Assembly (NCBI GenBank): GCA_963801605.1 | Contig: CAWDFP010000006.1 | Coordinates: 1,056,001 to 1,120,000, forward strand | DNA length: 64,000 nucleotides | Source: an uncultured candidate division Zixibacteria bacterium | Lineage (GTDB): Bacteria > Zixibacteria > MSB-5A5 > UBA10806 | Reading direction: 5' to 3' | In this document: piece after piece, positions 21,850-32,808 of the stretch | Layout: every line of letters starts with the position of its first letter | Position numbering within the stretch: the first letter of the stretch is position 1 | Program-made: the position numbers and the translations under genes | Notes under the pieces: model-generated | The model's input: the letters and a program-made list of their open reading frames with translations, nothing else | Databases searched by the model: none | What the model was told of the DNA's origin: nothing

Positions 21850-24304
21850 GTGGTAGACGGAGCAGCAAAACAGGATAGCGCCGGTTCGACCATCCTGGAT
21901 AAAGATAAAATAGCGGCAACTGCCCTGGCGGTTCTACCTATTAAATCGGCGGTGGTTTATCCCTCGCTTGTCATGCCTTTGATGATATCCGAGGCCCGGT
22001 ATGCCAAGCTCATCGATGATTCTCTTATGGCAGGTGAGCCGATTGTATTGGTCACCCAAAAAGACGCTGACCAGGATTTTCCCGGCCCGGAGGGCTTGTA
22101 TACTGTCGGTACAGTTGGGGCTATTCTAAAAATGTTGAGATTTCCCGACAGCTCTGTTCGGTTTCTGGTTCAGGGTTTGGCTCGGGCTCAAATTTTAGAA
22201 TACACCGAAACTGAACCATATCTTAAGGCCAAGGTTAAGCCGATAGACGAAGTTGTCACCACATCTGTGGAAATGGAAGCCCTGGTTCGAAATATACTCG
22301 AACAACTAAAGCATGTGGTCCAATTGGCGCCTTATCTGCCCGATGATCTACAGGTTTCGGCTATGAATACCGAGGATCCCTCCAAACTGGCAGATCTTAT
22401 CGCCTCCAATCTCAATCTTTCGACTACTCAAAAGCAGGAGATTCTCGAAATTTTCGATGTCGCGGAAAGACTTCGCAAGCTCACCACGCTAATTGCCAAA
22501 GAGATCGAAGTTCTGGAAATGTCGCGCAAGATTCAATCTGAAGCTGCCAGCGAAATGGGAAAGTCTCAAAGAGAGTATATCCTGCGTGAGCAATTAAAGG
22601 CTATTCAACGGGAGCTTGGCGAAACTGACGAGCGCACGGTCGAACTTGAGGATTTTCGGCAAAAGATTGAGGCTGCCAAGATGCCCGCCGAGGCCAAAGA
22701 GGCCGCCGAAAAGGAACTCGATAGACTCTCCAAGATGAACCCATCGGCTGCCGAATACACTGTTAGCCGCACTTATCTCGATTGGCTGGTATCGCTTCCC
22801 TGGGCGATTGCGACTCAGGATATCATTGATATAAAAGAGGCAGAGAAGATTCTCGATGAGGATCACTACGACCTGGAAAAGGTTAAAGAACGCATTCTGG
22901 AATACCTGGCAGTGAGGAAGCTTAAAAATCAGCTCAAGGGACCAATTCTCTGTTTCCTGGGGCCTCCCGGAGTTGGCAAAACTTCGTTGGGCCGATCAAT
23001 AGCTCGCGCCATGGGCCGTAAATTTCAACGGCTCTCGTTGGGCGGCGTGCGCGATGAAGCCGAGATTAGAGGCCATCGACGAACTTATATCGGCGCCTTG
23101 CCCGGTCGTGTTATTCAGGGGCTTCGAAAAGCCGGCTCCAACAACCCGGTTTTTATCCTCGATGAGGTCGATAAAATGGGTCAGGATTTCAGAGGTGACC
23201 CGGCCTCGGCCCTTCTCGAAGTACTTGATCCCGAGCAGAACAATTCATTTTCCGATCACTACCTCGATGTGACTTTTGATCTCTCAAGCGTGCTGTTTAT
23301 TACTACGGCTAATTTAATTGAGACCATTCCGCCGGTGCTGTTGGATCGTATGGAAGTTATTCAGCTCACAGGCTATACCGATATGGAGAAAGCTGGCTAT
23401 CGCCAAAAAATACCTTATACCCAGAAATTTAAGCGATCACGGCCTTAGCACTGAGCATTTAAAATTCACCGATGCCGCGATTCAAAAAGTTATCAACGAC
23501 TATACACGCGAATCTGGTTTGCGCAATCTCAATCGTGAAATAGGTAATGTCTGCCGTAAAGTGGCACGTAAGGTAGCCTCCGGCGAAGCCAGCGATATCA
23601 AGGTTGATCCCAATAAAGTCAGGGAGTTTCTTGGTCCGGAAAAGTTCTATCAGGAAGTTGCCGAACGAACTTCGCATGTTGGAGTAGTCCCCGCTCTTGC
23701 CTGGACATCCTCAGGCGGTGAAATACTTTTTGTCGAGGCTACCAAGATGCCCGGCAAGAAGGGGTTGATACTTACCGGCCAGTTGGGTGATGTTATGAAG
23801 GAATCGGTCAAGGCCGCACTATCGTATCTGCAATCGCATCAGCAGCAACTTGGCATACCTAATACGGTTTTTGAAAATCACGATTTTCATATTCACGTGC
23901 CGGCGGGAGCGACTCCCAAAGATGGCCCCTCGGCAGGCATCACGATGTGCACGGCGCTGGCATCGGTGCTTACCAATCGAGCGGTAAAACCGGAATTGGC
24001 CATGACAGGCGAGATTACTCTTCGGGGCGATGTTCTACCTATTGGAGGAATCAAACAAAAGGCTCTGGCAGCCTATCGGGCAGGGATCAAGAAAATCATC
24101 ATGCCCAAACGCAATCTCAGTGATCTCGAAGAGGTTCCCAAGGAAATCAAAGACAAGATTGAGTTTATCCCGGTGGAACGGGTTAGTGAGGTTCTCTGGC
24201 ACGCTCTGGGTATTAGAATGAAAGATGACGGCGCTCCCGTGATTAAAAAGATGGCCAAACGCCCCCCGGCTTTAAAAGAGCGAAAGAAAAAAGCGTCCAG
24301 GTAA
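21850..24304 (+). CDS. lon: ATP-dependent protease La (1-nt frameshift at ~23390)
   Basis: LON N domain, [45 protein letters not shown]. Removing one A at GAGAAAGCTG joins the two ORFs ([10 protein letters not shown]). Confidence 0.94.
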
Positions 24305-24327
24305 TAATTATTGTAATGGAATATTTA

Positions 24328-24358
24328 GGGCGTCCGAAAATAAACGGGCGCCTTTTTC
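24328..24358 (+). terminator. Intrinsic terminator after lon
   Basis: GGCGTCCG...CGGGCGCC followed by TTTTT. Confidence 0.6.
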
Positions 24359-24462
24359 TAATTATTGTTCGCGCCGTTGGTACACCGAATCGACCTAAAT
24401 TCTCTAAATAAAAAAGGCCGGGCGATTTTGCCCAGCCGCGTTAAATACCATAAAATCGTATA

Positions 24463-24885
24463 TCAATCCCCCGGAATAATCTCATAGTCGTAAGTGATTT
24501 CAGCGCCGGCTCTTAGCATAGCTGAAACTGAACAATATTTCGTTTCGGAAAGCTCAATCGCGGTCTTCAATTTGCTCTCATCGATATTATTACCTTTGAT
24601 GATATACTTGATATGAATCGTCTTCCACGATTTCGGGTGCTGTTCACGTGCCTCACCATCGACCAATATTTCCAACGAGTCAAACTTCACACGCATCTTC
24701 TTTAGTATCGAAACAACATCGATTCCGGTGCAACCACCTAATGCCACCAATGTTAATTCGCCGGGGCGAACCGCGACATTATCGCCGCCCGCTTCAGGTG
24801 GGCCGTCAAGTAGAATGCTGTGCCCCGAGGGCGCGTCTCCCACGAATTTCAGATTTTCGACCCATTTTACCCGCGCTCTTTTCAT
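24463..24885 (-). CDS. OsmC/YhfA family protein
   Basis: RPGEL.L.ALGGCTGIDVVSILKKMR ... LS.TKYCSVSAML. Confidence 0.9.
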   Translation of the reverse strand: MKRARVKWVENLKFVGDAPSGHSILLDGPPEAGGDNVAVRPGELTLVALGGCTGIDVVSILKKMRVKFDSLEILVDGEAREQHPKSWKTIHIKYIIKGNNIDESKLKTAIELSETKYCSVSAMLRAGAEITYDYEIIPGD

Positions 24886-24911
24886 ATTTTCACTCCAATT
24901 ATTACCTGCCC

Positions 24912-25685
24912 TTAAATTTTCAATGCCATAGCGTCCGACGCCAGACTCAGGTTCGATATGCCGAATTTCCCAGCCAGTTGAACGATCTTATCCGGCTCCC
25001 GATATATTTTGTCAGTAAGATGTGTTAGTACAAGCTGTTTTACATTGTTTGTGGCAACATCCGCGAAAAGTTTTTCCAAATCAAGATGCATCCCCTCAGT
25101 GATAAGCAGATCGCACTCGTCCAATAAATCGGAGTAATCATCCGACGATCCGATATCGCCCGAGTAGATCATCTTCTTATTTTCGGTTATAACTACAAAC
25201 GAATACGATTGCAGTTTATTGGGATATTTCCCATTTTCAATAAACCGCCTGTAATTGTCCAGATGGCTATTAGAGCGGGCATATATAGTTACATTCTCAT
25301 CGCGGAAGATCGGATCGGGCTCTATGGCGCGTATGGGAATTTCGAAACCCATCTTCTCTTCAAATAGATAAGTTGCCTGCATGAATTGTTCGACTGCTTC
25401 TTTAGCTTCTGCGGGGAGGTAAATCGGCAATGGCTCCTTGCGCCCGGCAAGGTACATCATCTGAATTTCCAGGAAAATACCGGTGATATGATCCGGATGA
25501 GTATGGGATATGAAAACGCCGCTTATCTTCGAGTGATCGATTTTTTGCCTTTTCAAAGCTGCAGAGCAGCCCTCACCGGCGTCAAACTGATAAAGCTTGC
25601 CTCCGGTGCGGAGCAGAAATGAGGAGTTGGCCCGTTCCGGCGAGGGGTCACCCGATGCGCTGCCGAGAATAATTATATCAGCCAT
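24912..25685 (-). CDS. Metallo-beta-lactamase-fold hydrolase (RNase Z/BN-like)
   Basis: LGS, FDAGEG, ISHTHPDHITG, YSGD, LVLTHL. Confidence 0.8.
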   Translation of the reverse strand: MADIIILGSASGDPSPERANSSFLLRTGGKLYQFDAGEGCSAALKRQKIDHSKISGVFISHTHPDHITGIFLEIQMMYLAGRKEPLPIYLPAEAKEAVEQFMQATYLFEEKMGFEIPIRAIEPDPIFRDENVTIYARSNSHLDNYRRFIENGKYPNKLQSYSFVVITENKKMIYSGDIGSSDDYSDLLDECDLLITEGMHLDLEKLFADVATNNVKQLVLTHLTDKIYREPDKIVQLAGKFGISNLSLASDAMALKI

Positions 25686-25698
25686 CTCATGCCGCTTC

Positions 25699-26619
25699 TT
25701 ATGGATTAACCTTAAAATAGGCCACGGTTCTCTCGAGCCCCTGTTCGATTGTCACCGATGGCATCCATCCCAAAAATTTCTTAATTTTTTCCGATGAAAT
25801 GCAGCTCCGCCTTTGCTCGCCGGGTTTTGGAGGAAGATTAATCCGGGGCTGGGTTGATTTGGTAAATGTTTTAATTTTATCATATATCGTATTGATATCA
25901 GTTTCGATTCCGGTACCGATATTAAAGGCCATCGAGCTTTCGAAATTCATGGCCAGGAGATTCGCTTTGACCACATCATCAACATAAACAAAATCGCGTG
26001 TCTGGCCCCCATCGCCGTTAACAAAAGTTTTCTCTCCAGTGAGAAGCTTTTTGCAGAAAATAGCAACCACACCAGCCTCGCCCTCGGAGTTTTGCCTGGG
26101 TCCGTAGACATTGGCATAACGAAGGCATATATAAGAAAGACCATGCTGGAAATTGTAAAAGAATAAATATTTTTCAAATGCCAGTTTGGAGACCCCATAC
26201 GGACTGACCGGATTGGCCGCATGGCTTTCAGTAGCCGGAAACTCTTCCTGTTCGCCATAAATTGCTCCGCCGGTAGAGGAGAATATCACTTTCTTGACTT
26301 TGTGTTTCACCGCCGCCTGAAGCAAGTTCAGTCCTCCGACAATATTGGTCCGAGCGTCAAAGGCGGGGTCCGCGACCGATTTTCTTACATCCATCTGGGC
26401 CGCCAAATGAAAAATTGTATGGAATTGCCCTTGTTCGAAAACCTTATCTATTTCGGGGCTGGCGATATCGAGTTCAAAAAACTTCGCCTGCGATGGCATA
26501 TTTGATCGTTTACCGCTAGAGAGGTTGTCGATAATCGTGACCTGATGGCCTTTCTCAACTAAAGCGTCTGCTATGTTGGATCCTATAAAACCCGCACCGC
26601 CGGTTACAAGTACGTTCAT
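25699..26619 (-). CDS. NAD-dependent epimerase/dehydratase (UDP-glucose 4-epimerase-like)
   Basis: TGGAGFIGS, HLAAQMDVRKSV, SSTGGAIYG, YGVSK, RYANVYGPRQ, TRDFVYVDD. Confidence 0.9.
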   Translation of the reverse strand: MNVLVTGGAGFIGSNIADALVEKGHQVTIIDNLSSGKRSNMPSQAKFFELDIASPEIDKVFEQGQFHTIFHLAAQMDVRKSVADPAFDARTNIVGGLNLLQAAVKHKVKKVIFSSTGGAIYGEQEEFPATESHAANPVSPYGVSKLAFEKYLFFYNFQHGLSYICLRYANVYGPRQNSEGEAGVVAIFCKKLLTGEKTFVNGDGGQTRDFVYVDDVVKANLLAMNFESSMAFNIGTGIETDINTIYDKIKTFTKSTQPRINLPPKPGEQRRSCISSEKIKKFLGWMPSVTIEQGLERTVAYFKVNP

Positions 26620-26656
26620 TTACTGCCTTTATTTAATGGTTATAATTTTCGATCGT

Positions 26657-28354
26657 TTAGTAATCCCGCTTCTTCATCGATAGAAATCCTAATCTAAGCG
26701 GGATAATGGTGGTTGTCAAATTCAAAATCGCCATCATAATCAGAGATATCGTTACTTCGAATTTGGGAAATGGGATAGTAGGGTCAATCTTGTAAATCGA
26801 ATAACGTTGAGCCGGTATAGCGGCAATCACCACCATCAGGCCGACATAAATCAGGCTTAATACCGTAGTCAGCATCCCGCCTACCGAAGATGCGATTTTT
26901 CCGGGATTGCGTTCCTCGAATCGGGGATAGATCGCCCCCATGCCAACCGATAGACTAACAAGGGAAACTGACATCAAGAGCACTGAGAAAAAAGTAAGCA
27001 CCATGAGCAGTCCGCGCAGACCCAGCATGATATTAGAAACCAGAGCCAAAACCTCCGAGATAAGCAGGAAAATTATAAATGCCGACCAAAACTTTTCCCA
27101 AAAAACCCGCGACATGGGCATAGGGGAAGCTGCAATTGCCCAAAACGATCTGCCCTCAAGGCTAATATTGGGAAAGACAAAACGTACTGATAGTGTGGCT
27201 AATATAAATCCTGAGAACGCGAAATTGGTAAAACCGATAAATGTTTTCCAATATGAATCTTTTACCTCAGTTGGGAAATATTTCAAGTTTACCAAATATA
27301 TGAGAAGGAGAACCAAGAGTACCGTGAACTGCGCCCATTGAGCCGGCTCTCGGGCAAACAATTTAAGGTCTTTAGAAAGAACCGCCCGAAAATCGGCAGG
27401 CAGCCAATCAGGCAAACGGAAAAATGGCGGTGAACTTCTGGGCCTGAATACTTTGGGTTGAAGAGAACCATGATATTCCAGTGACGCTAACCAGCTTCGA
27501 TAGTAAAACTTATCGGCCAATAAGAAAATAACATTCAAAGCCATAATGGCCGTCGCTACCAGGGCCAGCATATATATAAACAGGGAACTCCTGGCCCCGA
27601 TGGATATTAATCGCAAAGATTCCGATACCCAAAAGCTCGGGAGAAAGGCAAATGATGTTGCCCCCATCGAACTCAAATAGCGGTTAAGTATTCGCCAGTC
27701 GGAGATCACATTTATTGCCAGCGAAGTCGGCTGACCAAATTTGAAATATAAAGCAACAGCCAATATTAGTAGCGAACCCATACCGAGAATGAGAGTTTTC
27801 GGACTGATATAATGTGACGCTAAGAACATGAAAATCGAAAGGCCCACTCCAATACAGCCGGGAATCAGCACAAACGGAATCAGTACACAAAATAACTCGA
27901 AAATATATTCCCAGAATACGAAGCCCCGCGCCATTCCATAAGCGATAACAACCGGCATACCCAAAAGGAGCACTGCCCAGGTGGAAAAAATCATATTGTC
28001 GATAAATTTAACTGTAAAAACCTGCCTATAGGTGGCCGGAGTTGAAAGCAGGAAGGCAGTCTCAGGCGATCTATAAAGAGTTGAAATGGAAGTCACCAGA
28101 TTTGATATAATCAGCATTATAAAAATTGCCAGGAAACCAAGGGAGATAATTTTATTCATCAGGAGAAACCCGATATCCATCAGGCCGGCCAGATATTCAA
28201 AGACTCTGTGGAAAAAGAAAAGACTGCCCGAAAAAAAGCAGGCCATAACAAATAATCCCACCAGCCCTTTTATGACTCGTTCGCTGTTTAAGTCCCTGAA
28301 ATAGGACCTGATAGCCAGAGTCTTATAATGCAGTATGTGTAGAGTTCTACTCAG
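26657..28354 (-). CDS. Putative ABC exporter permease (multi-TM)
   Basis: Many TM helices, KDLKLFAREP, FP.ISLEGRSFW. The reading frame stays open upstream of the track start (28261) to a CTG at 28354 that overlaps the ATPase stop. Confidence 0.8.
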   Translation of the reverse strand: MSRTLHILHYKTLAIRSYFRDLNSERVIKGLVGLFVMACFFSGSLFFFHRVFEYLAGLMDIGFLLMNKIISLGFLAIFIMLIISNLVTSISTLYRSPETAFLLSTPATYRQVFTVKFIDNMIFSTWAVLLLGMPVVIAYGMARGFVFWEYIFELFCVLIPFVLIPGCIGVGLSIFMFLASHYISPKTLILGMGSLLILAVALYFKFGQPTSLAINVISDWRILNRYLSSMGATSFAFLPSFWVSESLRLISIGARSSLFIYMLALVATAIMALNVIFLLADKFYYRSWLASLEYHGSLQPKVFRPRSSPPFFRLPDWLPADFRAVLSKDLKLFAREPAQWAQFTVLLVLLLIYLVNLKYFPTEVKDSYWKTFIGFTNFAFSGFILATLSVRFVFPNISLEGRSFWAIAASPMPMSRVFWEKFWSAFIIFLLISEVLALVSNIMLGLRGLLMVLTFFSVLLMSVSLVSLSVGMGAIYPRFEERNPGKIASSVGGMLTTVLSLIYVGLMVVIAAIPAQRYSIYKIDPTIPFPKFEVTISLIMMAILNLTTTIIPLRLGFLSMKKRDY

Positions 28355-29108
28355 GTTTCGCGCCGGGCGGCAGATTGGCTGGCCTCGGCCCTCCGGTCAA
28401 GTGCAGGAAGAGGCCTTCGAGATTCTCGCCTCTATCGGCCGCGGTCTTCCTCAGATCGGAAATGCTGCCTTCAAGTATTAGCTTGCCATTATTAACGATT
28501 CCGATCTGGTTGCACAGCTCCTCCGCTACGGTTAGGGTGTGGGTCGATATAAAAACAGTCGTTCCCTGCTGAGCAAATAATTTGAGCATATCCTTTACCA
28601 GGCGCATCGACTGCGGATCAAGACCAACCATCGGCTCATCGATTATAAGGACTTCAGGTTCATGCACGAATGCGGCTCCGAAAATCACCTTTTGGCGCAT
28701 ACCATGTGAGTATTCCTCGCAACGCCGATCGGCCCAACCGTCCATTCCGAATAGTTCGAAAATCCATTCGATTTGAGCTTGAAGCTTATCAGTAGGGAGG
28801 TTGTATAATCCCCCTGTAAATTCCAGGTATTCGCGGGCCGTCAGTTTTTCATATAGATATGGTGAGTCGGGAATATAGCCAATACGCATTTTTGCGGCCT
28901 CCGGTTCTTTAGAGACATCGATACCGCAAATTTTCGTAACACCGTTTTCAGGCTTGATAAGCCCTGTCATAATCTTGATGGTCGTGGTTTTGCCGGCGCC
29001 GTTTGGTCCCAAAAATCCAAAAAACTCTCCCTTACCTATAGTGAGGGATAGATCGTTTACCGCTTGTTTTTTCCCGAACGATTTAGAAATATTAATTAGT
29101 TCTATCAT
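28347..29108 (-). CDS. ABC transporter ATP-binding protein
   Basis: GPNGAGKTT, YSHGMRQK, IIDEP, STH. Confidence 0.95.
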   Translation of the reverse strand: MIELINISKSFGKKQAVNDLSLTIGKGEFFGFLGPNGAGKTTTIKIMTGLIKPENGVTKICGIDVSKEPEAAKMRIGYIPDSPYLYEKLTAREYLEFTGGLYNLPTDKLQAQIEWIFELFGMDGWADRRCEEYSHGMRQKVIFGAAFVHEPEVLIIDEPMVGLDPQSMRLVKDMLKLFAQQGTTVFISTHTLTVAEELCNQIGIVNNGKLILEGSISDLRKTAADRGENLEGLFLHLTGGPRPANLPPGAKPE

Positions 29109-29119
29109 AATGGCTTTCT

Positions 29120-30610
29120 TTATAAATCTTCTGGAGTATTGAGAATCGTGATACTAATCTTTCCAACAACTCGCATAAGCTCGGCCTGACGTTCAAATCC
29201 TCCTTCGAGAAGCTTGATATGGGTGGCATCGGCGCGCTCCTGCCCGAACGTCGGATCGAGAGGAGTCCAGCCCCCTAAATGTACTGCCGGCCAGGCATGA
29301 TAATAAAATACGCCATCCTTATATACAAGGCCGATACACATCTTGGTAGGAACCCCGGCCGCACGTGCCAGCGCCGTGTACAGAGTGGTATGTTCGTTAC
29401 AATCTCCTTTTTTAACGCTGAGAACATCCACTGCCGATGGCAATGAAATGGTGTAATCCTTTTTTAGGGTTTTAAATACCCAGTCGCCAAGTTTTTCCGC
29501 TTTTTTTTCAGGCAAATTTTCATTTCCCACGATTTCCTCTGAAGCTGAAACAATCCTTGGATCAGTTACCTGCAAAAACGGGTCTGACTCTAAAAAAGGC
29601 GCTGTGTTTGTCAATGTTGAAGTATCAATTTTGCCTGTATGGATTTCAATTACCAGTGGATTGGTTGAGATTACTTTCTGGAAATCATCATTTAGATCAA
29701 ATAGGCCGGGATCAACTCCATCAATTTTCAAGCGAAGTGTCTTGATATTTCGCGGATTCTCGATTTTCCCTACGCATGAGACCGCCAGGTTAGCCAGAAG
29801 ATCTTGCCCTGTTGGGATGGCGACCGGCATATCCAGCGCCAAATCCTTAGTGGTAGCTTCCATCACCATACCGCCCGTTTCTTCTTCGCGAAGGACATGT
29901 CCGGTGGAATCAACCCACATTGTACTCGTCATGCCAGAGACGAAAATAGTCATCCGATGGGCTGGGGTTGCCCCGCCCGCCGTTTTTAATTCTTCGGGAA
30001 GACCGATTGTCACCTGTATCTCATTTAAAGCTAAAGAAAAGGGATCGAATGTCGGAAGCGAAAACTCGCCTTGAGGAAAACCGCGCAGGCTGGCCAGTAG
30101 GGGTATTACTCCGGGAAGATAAACTCCCTTGTTTGCGGGAAATGACGTTTCCGAATTACTATTTTGCGATTTTATTCTGATTTGAAGTTGGTTGTTTTTT
30201 ACTTCGCCGAAAACATCAGTGGTATAATCCCCTGAAACCAGCCCGAACGTAAAAGTCTTAATAGAGAAATCCAAATTCAGCACCGCGTATGAATCGAGAT
30301 ATATCTCCTTGATAGTTCCTCCCAGCGGAAGACGAATCAGGGAATAATCTTTGACCACGTACCCCAGAGGAGAATTGGAAAAAGATTGCATGGTATAGCC
30401 GATTTTCCCTCCTCCCATGGTAACATTCATCCAATTCTGAAATTCGCCTTTAATGGGTGCATCTATCGGCACATCGATAAGATCAGTCGATTTTGGCGTA
30501 GCGTAATTCTTATCATAGATTAAAAACATCGATACGCCCCAAATGATCACCGCGACCAGAGTCGAGATTTTTGAGCCTAAGCCTTTTTTGAGCAAGTTTC
30601 CTCCACTCAT
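29120..30610 (-). CDS. Membrane-anchored transglutaminase-like domain protein
   Basis: N-terminal TM segment; GDCNEH, YYHAW, W.PLDPTFGQ (Cys-His-Asp triad). Confidence 0.85.
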   Translation of the reverse strand: MSGGNLLKKGLGSKISTLVAVIIWGVSMFLIYDKNYATPKSTDLIDVPIDAPIKGEFQNWMNVTMGGGKIGYTMQSFSNSPLGYVVKDYSLIRLPLGGTIKEIYLDSYAVLNLDFSIKTFTFGLVSGDYTTDVFGEVKNNQLQIRIKSQNSNSETSFPANKGVYLPGVIPLLASLRGFPQGEFSLPTFDPFSLALNEIQVTIGLPEELKTAGGATPAHRMTIFVSGMTSTMWVDSTGHVLREEETGGMVMEATTKDLALDMPVAIPTGQDLLANLAVSCVGKIENPRNIKTLRLKIDGVDPGLFDLNDDFQKVISTNPLVIEIHTGKIDTSTLTNTAPFLESDPFLQVTDPRIVSASEEIVGNENLPEKKAEKLGDWVFKTLKKDYTISLPSAVDVLSVKKGDCNEHTTLYTALARAAGVPTKMCIGLVYKDGVFYYHAWPAVHLGGWTPLDPTFGQERADATHIKLLEGGFERQAELMRVVGKISITILNTPEDL

Positions 30611-30650
30611 AATATATCGGCGGCAAGCTCGGTTTTATTGAGCTTGAGGC

Positions 30651-31685
30651 TCATGCAGCACCTGCGGTTTCGATCATTATTTTCGATGCTTTTTCAATAT
30701 CGTTGTCGTCTATATCGAGATGCGCCACTACTCGTATTTTCCCGGCGCCAAACGGCACTGCCAATACGCCTTTTTCAGCCAGTTTCGAACAGAATTTGCC
30801 GACTTCAAGTGGCGGTTTCAGGGTAATAACAAGAATATTGGTTTGAACTGATTCAAGATTTATATTGAAAAGCTCACATTTCGATAAATTCGTTGCCAGT
30901 GTCTTTGCCCGACGATGATCTTCGGTAATCCTTTCCAGGTTGTGTTCCAGGGCATAAAGGGCTCCGGCGGCAATTATTCCCACCTGTCTCATACCGCCTC
31001 CAAACATCTTTCTCACCCGGCGAGCTTTGGCAATTCTCTCCTTGGTAGATACTACTGCCGACCCGATTGGCGCCCCAAGTCCTTTGGAAAAACAAACCGA
31101 GACGCAATCGAAATGGCCCGCGATTTCTGACGGTTTTACCGAGTGATAGGCAGCGGCGTTCCAGAGTCTGGCGCCATCAAGATATAAGAGAAGCTTGTTG
31201 TTTTTGGCGAGCGTTTTGATTTTCCCAATAAGCTCCATTGGATAAACCGTGCCGCTGGCGCGGTTATGAGTATTTTCAAGAGCAATTGCGGCTGTTACCG
31301 GAGTATGGATATTGGCCGAACGAATATAAGGCTCAAGTAACTCCGGAGTCAGGATACCGTTTTTGGCCAAAATTGGTTGAAGCTGTATCCCGGAGAGAGC
31401 AGCTGCTCCGGCGACCTCATTATTGAATATATGGGAAAAGCTTTCACATAGAATCTCATCTCCGGGCTGGGTTAATACCCGAAGCGAGATTTGATTGGCC
31501 ATAGTCCCCGATGGAACGTACAGGGCCGCCTCATGGCCAAGGAGTTCAGCAGTCTTAGCCTCAAGTTTTTTGACAGTTGGGTCGTCTTCGAATACGTCAT
31601 CTCCCACCTCGGCCTCGGCCATTGCCTGGCGCATTTGCAGCGATGGTTTGGTGACTGTATCCGATCTCAAATCGATTATTTTCAT
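30651..31685 (-). CDS. ltaE: Low-specificity L-threonine aldolase
   Basis: IDLRSDTVTKP, VGDDVFEDDPT, SGTMANQ, LENTHN, DGARLWNA, CFSKGLGAPIGS, GGGMRQ. Confidence 0.93.
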   Translation of the reverse strand: MKIIDLRSDTVTKPSLQMRQAMAEAEVGDDVFEDDPTVKKLEAKTAELLGHEAALYVPSGTMANQISLRVLTQPGDEILCESFSHIFNNEVAGAAALSGIQLQPILAKNGILTPELLEPYIRSANIHTPVTAAIALENTHNRASGTVYPMELIGKIKTLAKNNKLLLYLDGARLWNAAAYHSVKPSEIAGHFDCVSVCFSKGLGAPIGSAVVSTKERIAKARRVRKMFGGGMRQVGIIAAGALYALEHNLERITEDHRRAKTLATNLSKCELFNINLESVQTNILVITLKPPLEVGKFCSKLAEKGVLAVPFGAGKIRVVAHLDIDDNDIEKASKIMIETAGAA

Positions 31686-31743
31686 ATTTTCCTCGCGAAG
31701 CGCCATGCAGGCATTCGATTATTTCCTTATTTAGACAAAATAA

Positions 31744-31777
31744 TCAGGGGCTCAAATACTAACGAGCCCCTGAAAAA
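31744..31777 (-). terminator. Hairpin terminator after the cold-shock gene
   Basis: TCAGGGGCTC...GAGCCCCTGA inverted repeat with flanking A/T tracts. Confidence 0.6.
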
Positions 31778-31858
31778 TTTTGCTATTAAAATCGCTGATA
31801 TACTTTCATCACAGCCTATTTTATAAGCTAATGCAACGGCTCAGGCCGTCAGAAAAGA

Positions 31859-32065
31859 TTAGTCTACTAATACGACATTGGTAGCTTGAAGCCCCTGCGG
31901 GCTTTCTGCCACCTCAAATTCGACTTTTTCTCCCACTTTCAAAGTCTTGTAACCGTTTTTCCGGATTTCGGAGTGATGAACATAAAGGTCCTCCGAATTC
32001 ATGTCGGAAGTGATAAAACCATAGCCCTTAAGGTCGTTAAACCACTTTACCTTACCTCGTGCCAC
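31859..32065 (-). CDS. Cold-shock domain protein
   Basis: GKVKWFNDLKGYGFI, YVHHSEI, G.QA.NV. Confidence 0.95.
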   Translation of the reverse strand: MARGKVKWFNDLKGYGFITSDMNSEDLYVHHSEIRKNGYKTLKVGEKVEFEVAESPQGLQATNVVLVD

Positions 32066-32132
32066 AGCTTCCCTCCATAGTGGGTTGAACTTTTATTATA
32101 GTACTGAAATATATTCTCATAATCGATAAAGG

Positions 32133-32774
32133 TCAAGTGAAATTTTTAAGTATAAATAATTGACTGACAACAACTTGCATGATGGCCCCCGCTGATATCG
32201 GAACGATTAAATTGTCGTCAATGTGAAGTGTTATTGCCTCGACAATAGTGGCCGTAATCGCCCCAATTATCATCACCCAAAACGGAATACCCGGCACTAT
32301 TATAGCTACCAGAACACTTGCCAGAAAAAAACTCACCGATCCTTCCAAAGACTTGGCCCTGAACCTGACTCGTCCCCATAGCCGGCCGATAATCGCCCCG
32401 GCAGTATCGCCTACTACGATAAAGGATATCGCGGCGATAGCGATAGGTTTGTCAAATAGCTGAATTGCCAAAATCGAACCGGTTAAAATATATGTCGCCC
32501 CGACTAAATCTCTTTTTTCGCAAGGGCGGATCATTATCCCCAGGTATTTATAGACGAAATCTCGACTGCGTTCATGCCCGAATAGCCGGATATAATCAAG
32601 TATCAAGGCAAATACGAGAGCCAAAATCAGAATAGGCATCACAATGGGATAACCAAGGAAATAATAGCCAACCGGAATAGCGATAGCCCCCAGGTGAATT
32701 AACTTCCTGAAGACTTCGCCAATTATCGAGATATCATCGGTATTGGACGGAGAGAAGACCGAATCGGCTGCCAT
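32133..32774 (-). CDS. Dolichol kinase/phytol kinase-like CTP-transferase family membrane protein
   Basis: RKLIHL, GDTAGAIIG..WG, KSLEGS, DDNLIVP. Confidence 0.85.
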   Translation of the reverse strand: MAADSVFSPSNTDDISIIGEVFRKLIHLGAIAIPVGYYFLGYPIVMPILILALVFALILDYIRLFGHERSRDFVYKYLGIMIRPCEKRDLVGATYILTGSILAIQLFDKPIAIAAISFIVVGDTAGAIIGRLWGRVRFRAKSLEGSVSFFLASVLVAIIVPGIPFWVMIIGAITATIVEAITLHIDDNLIVPISAGAIMQVVVSQLFILKNFT

Positions 32775-32808
32775 GCCGTCATCCCGCACATCCAAAGGAA
32801 GAATGACT

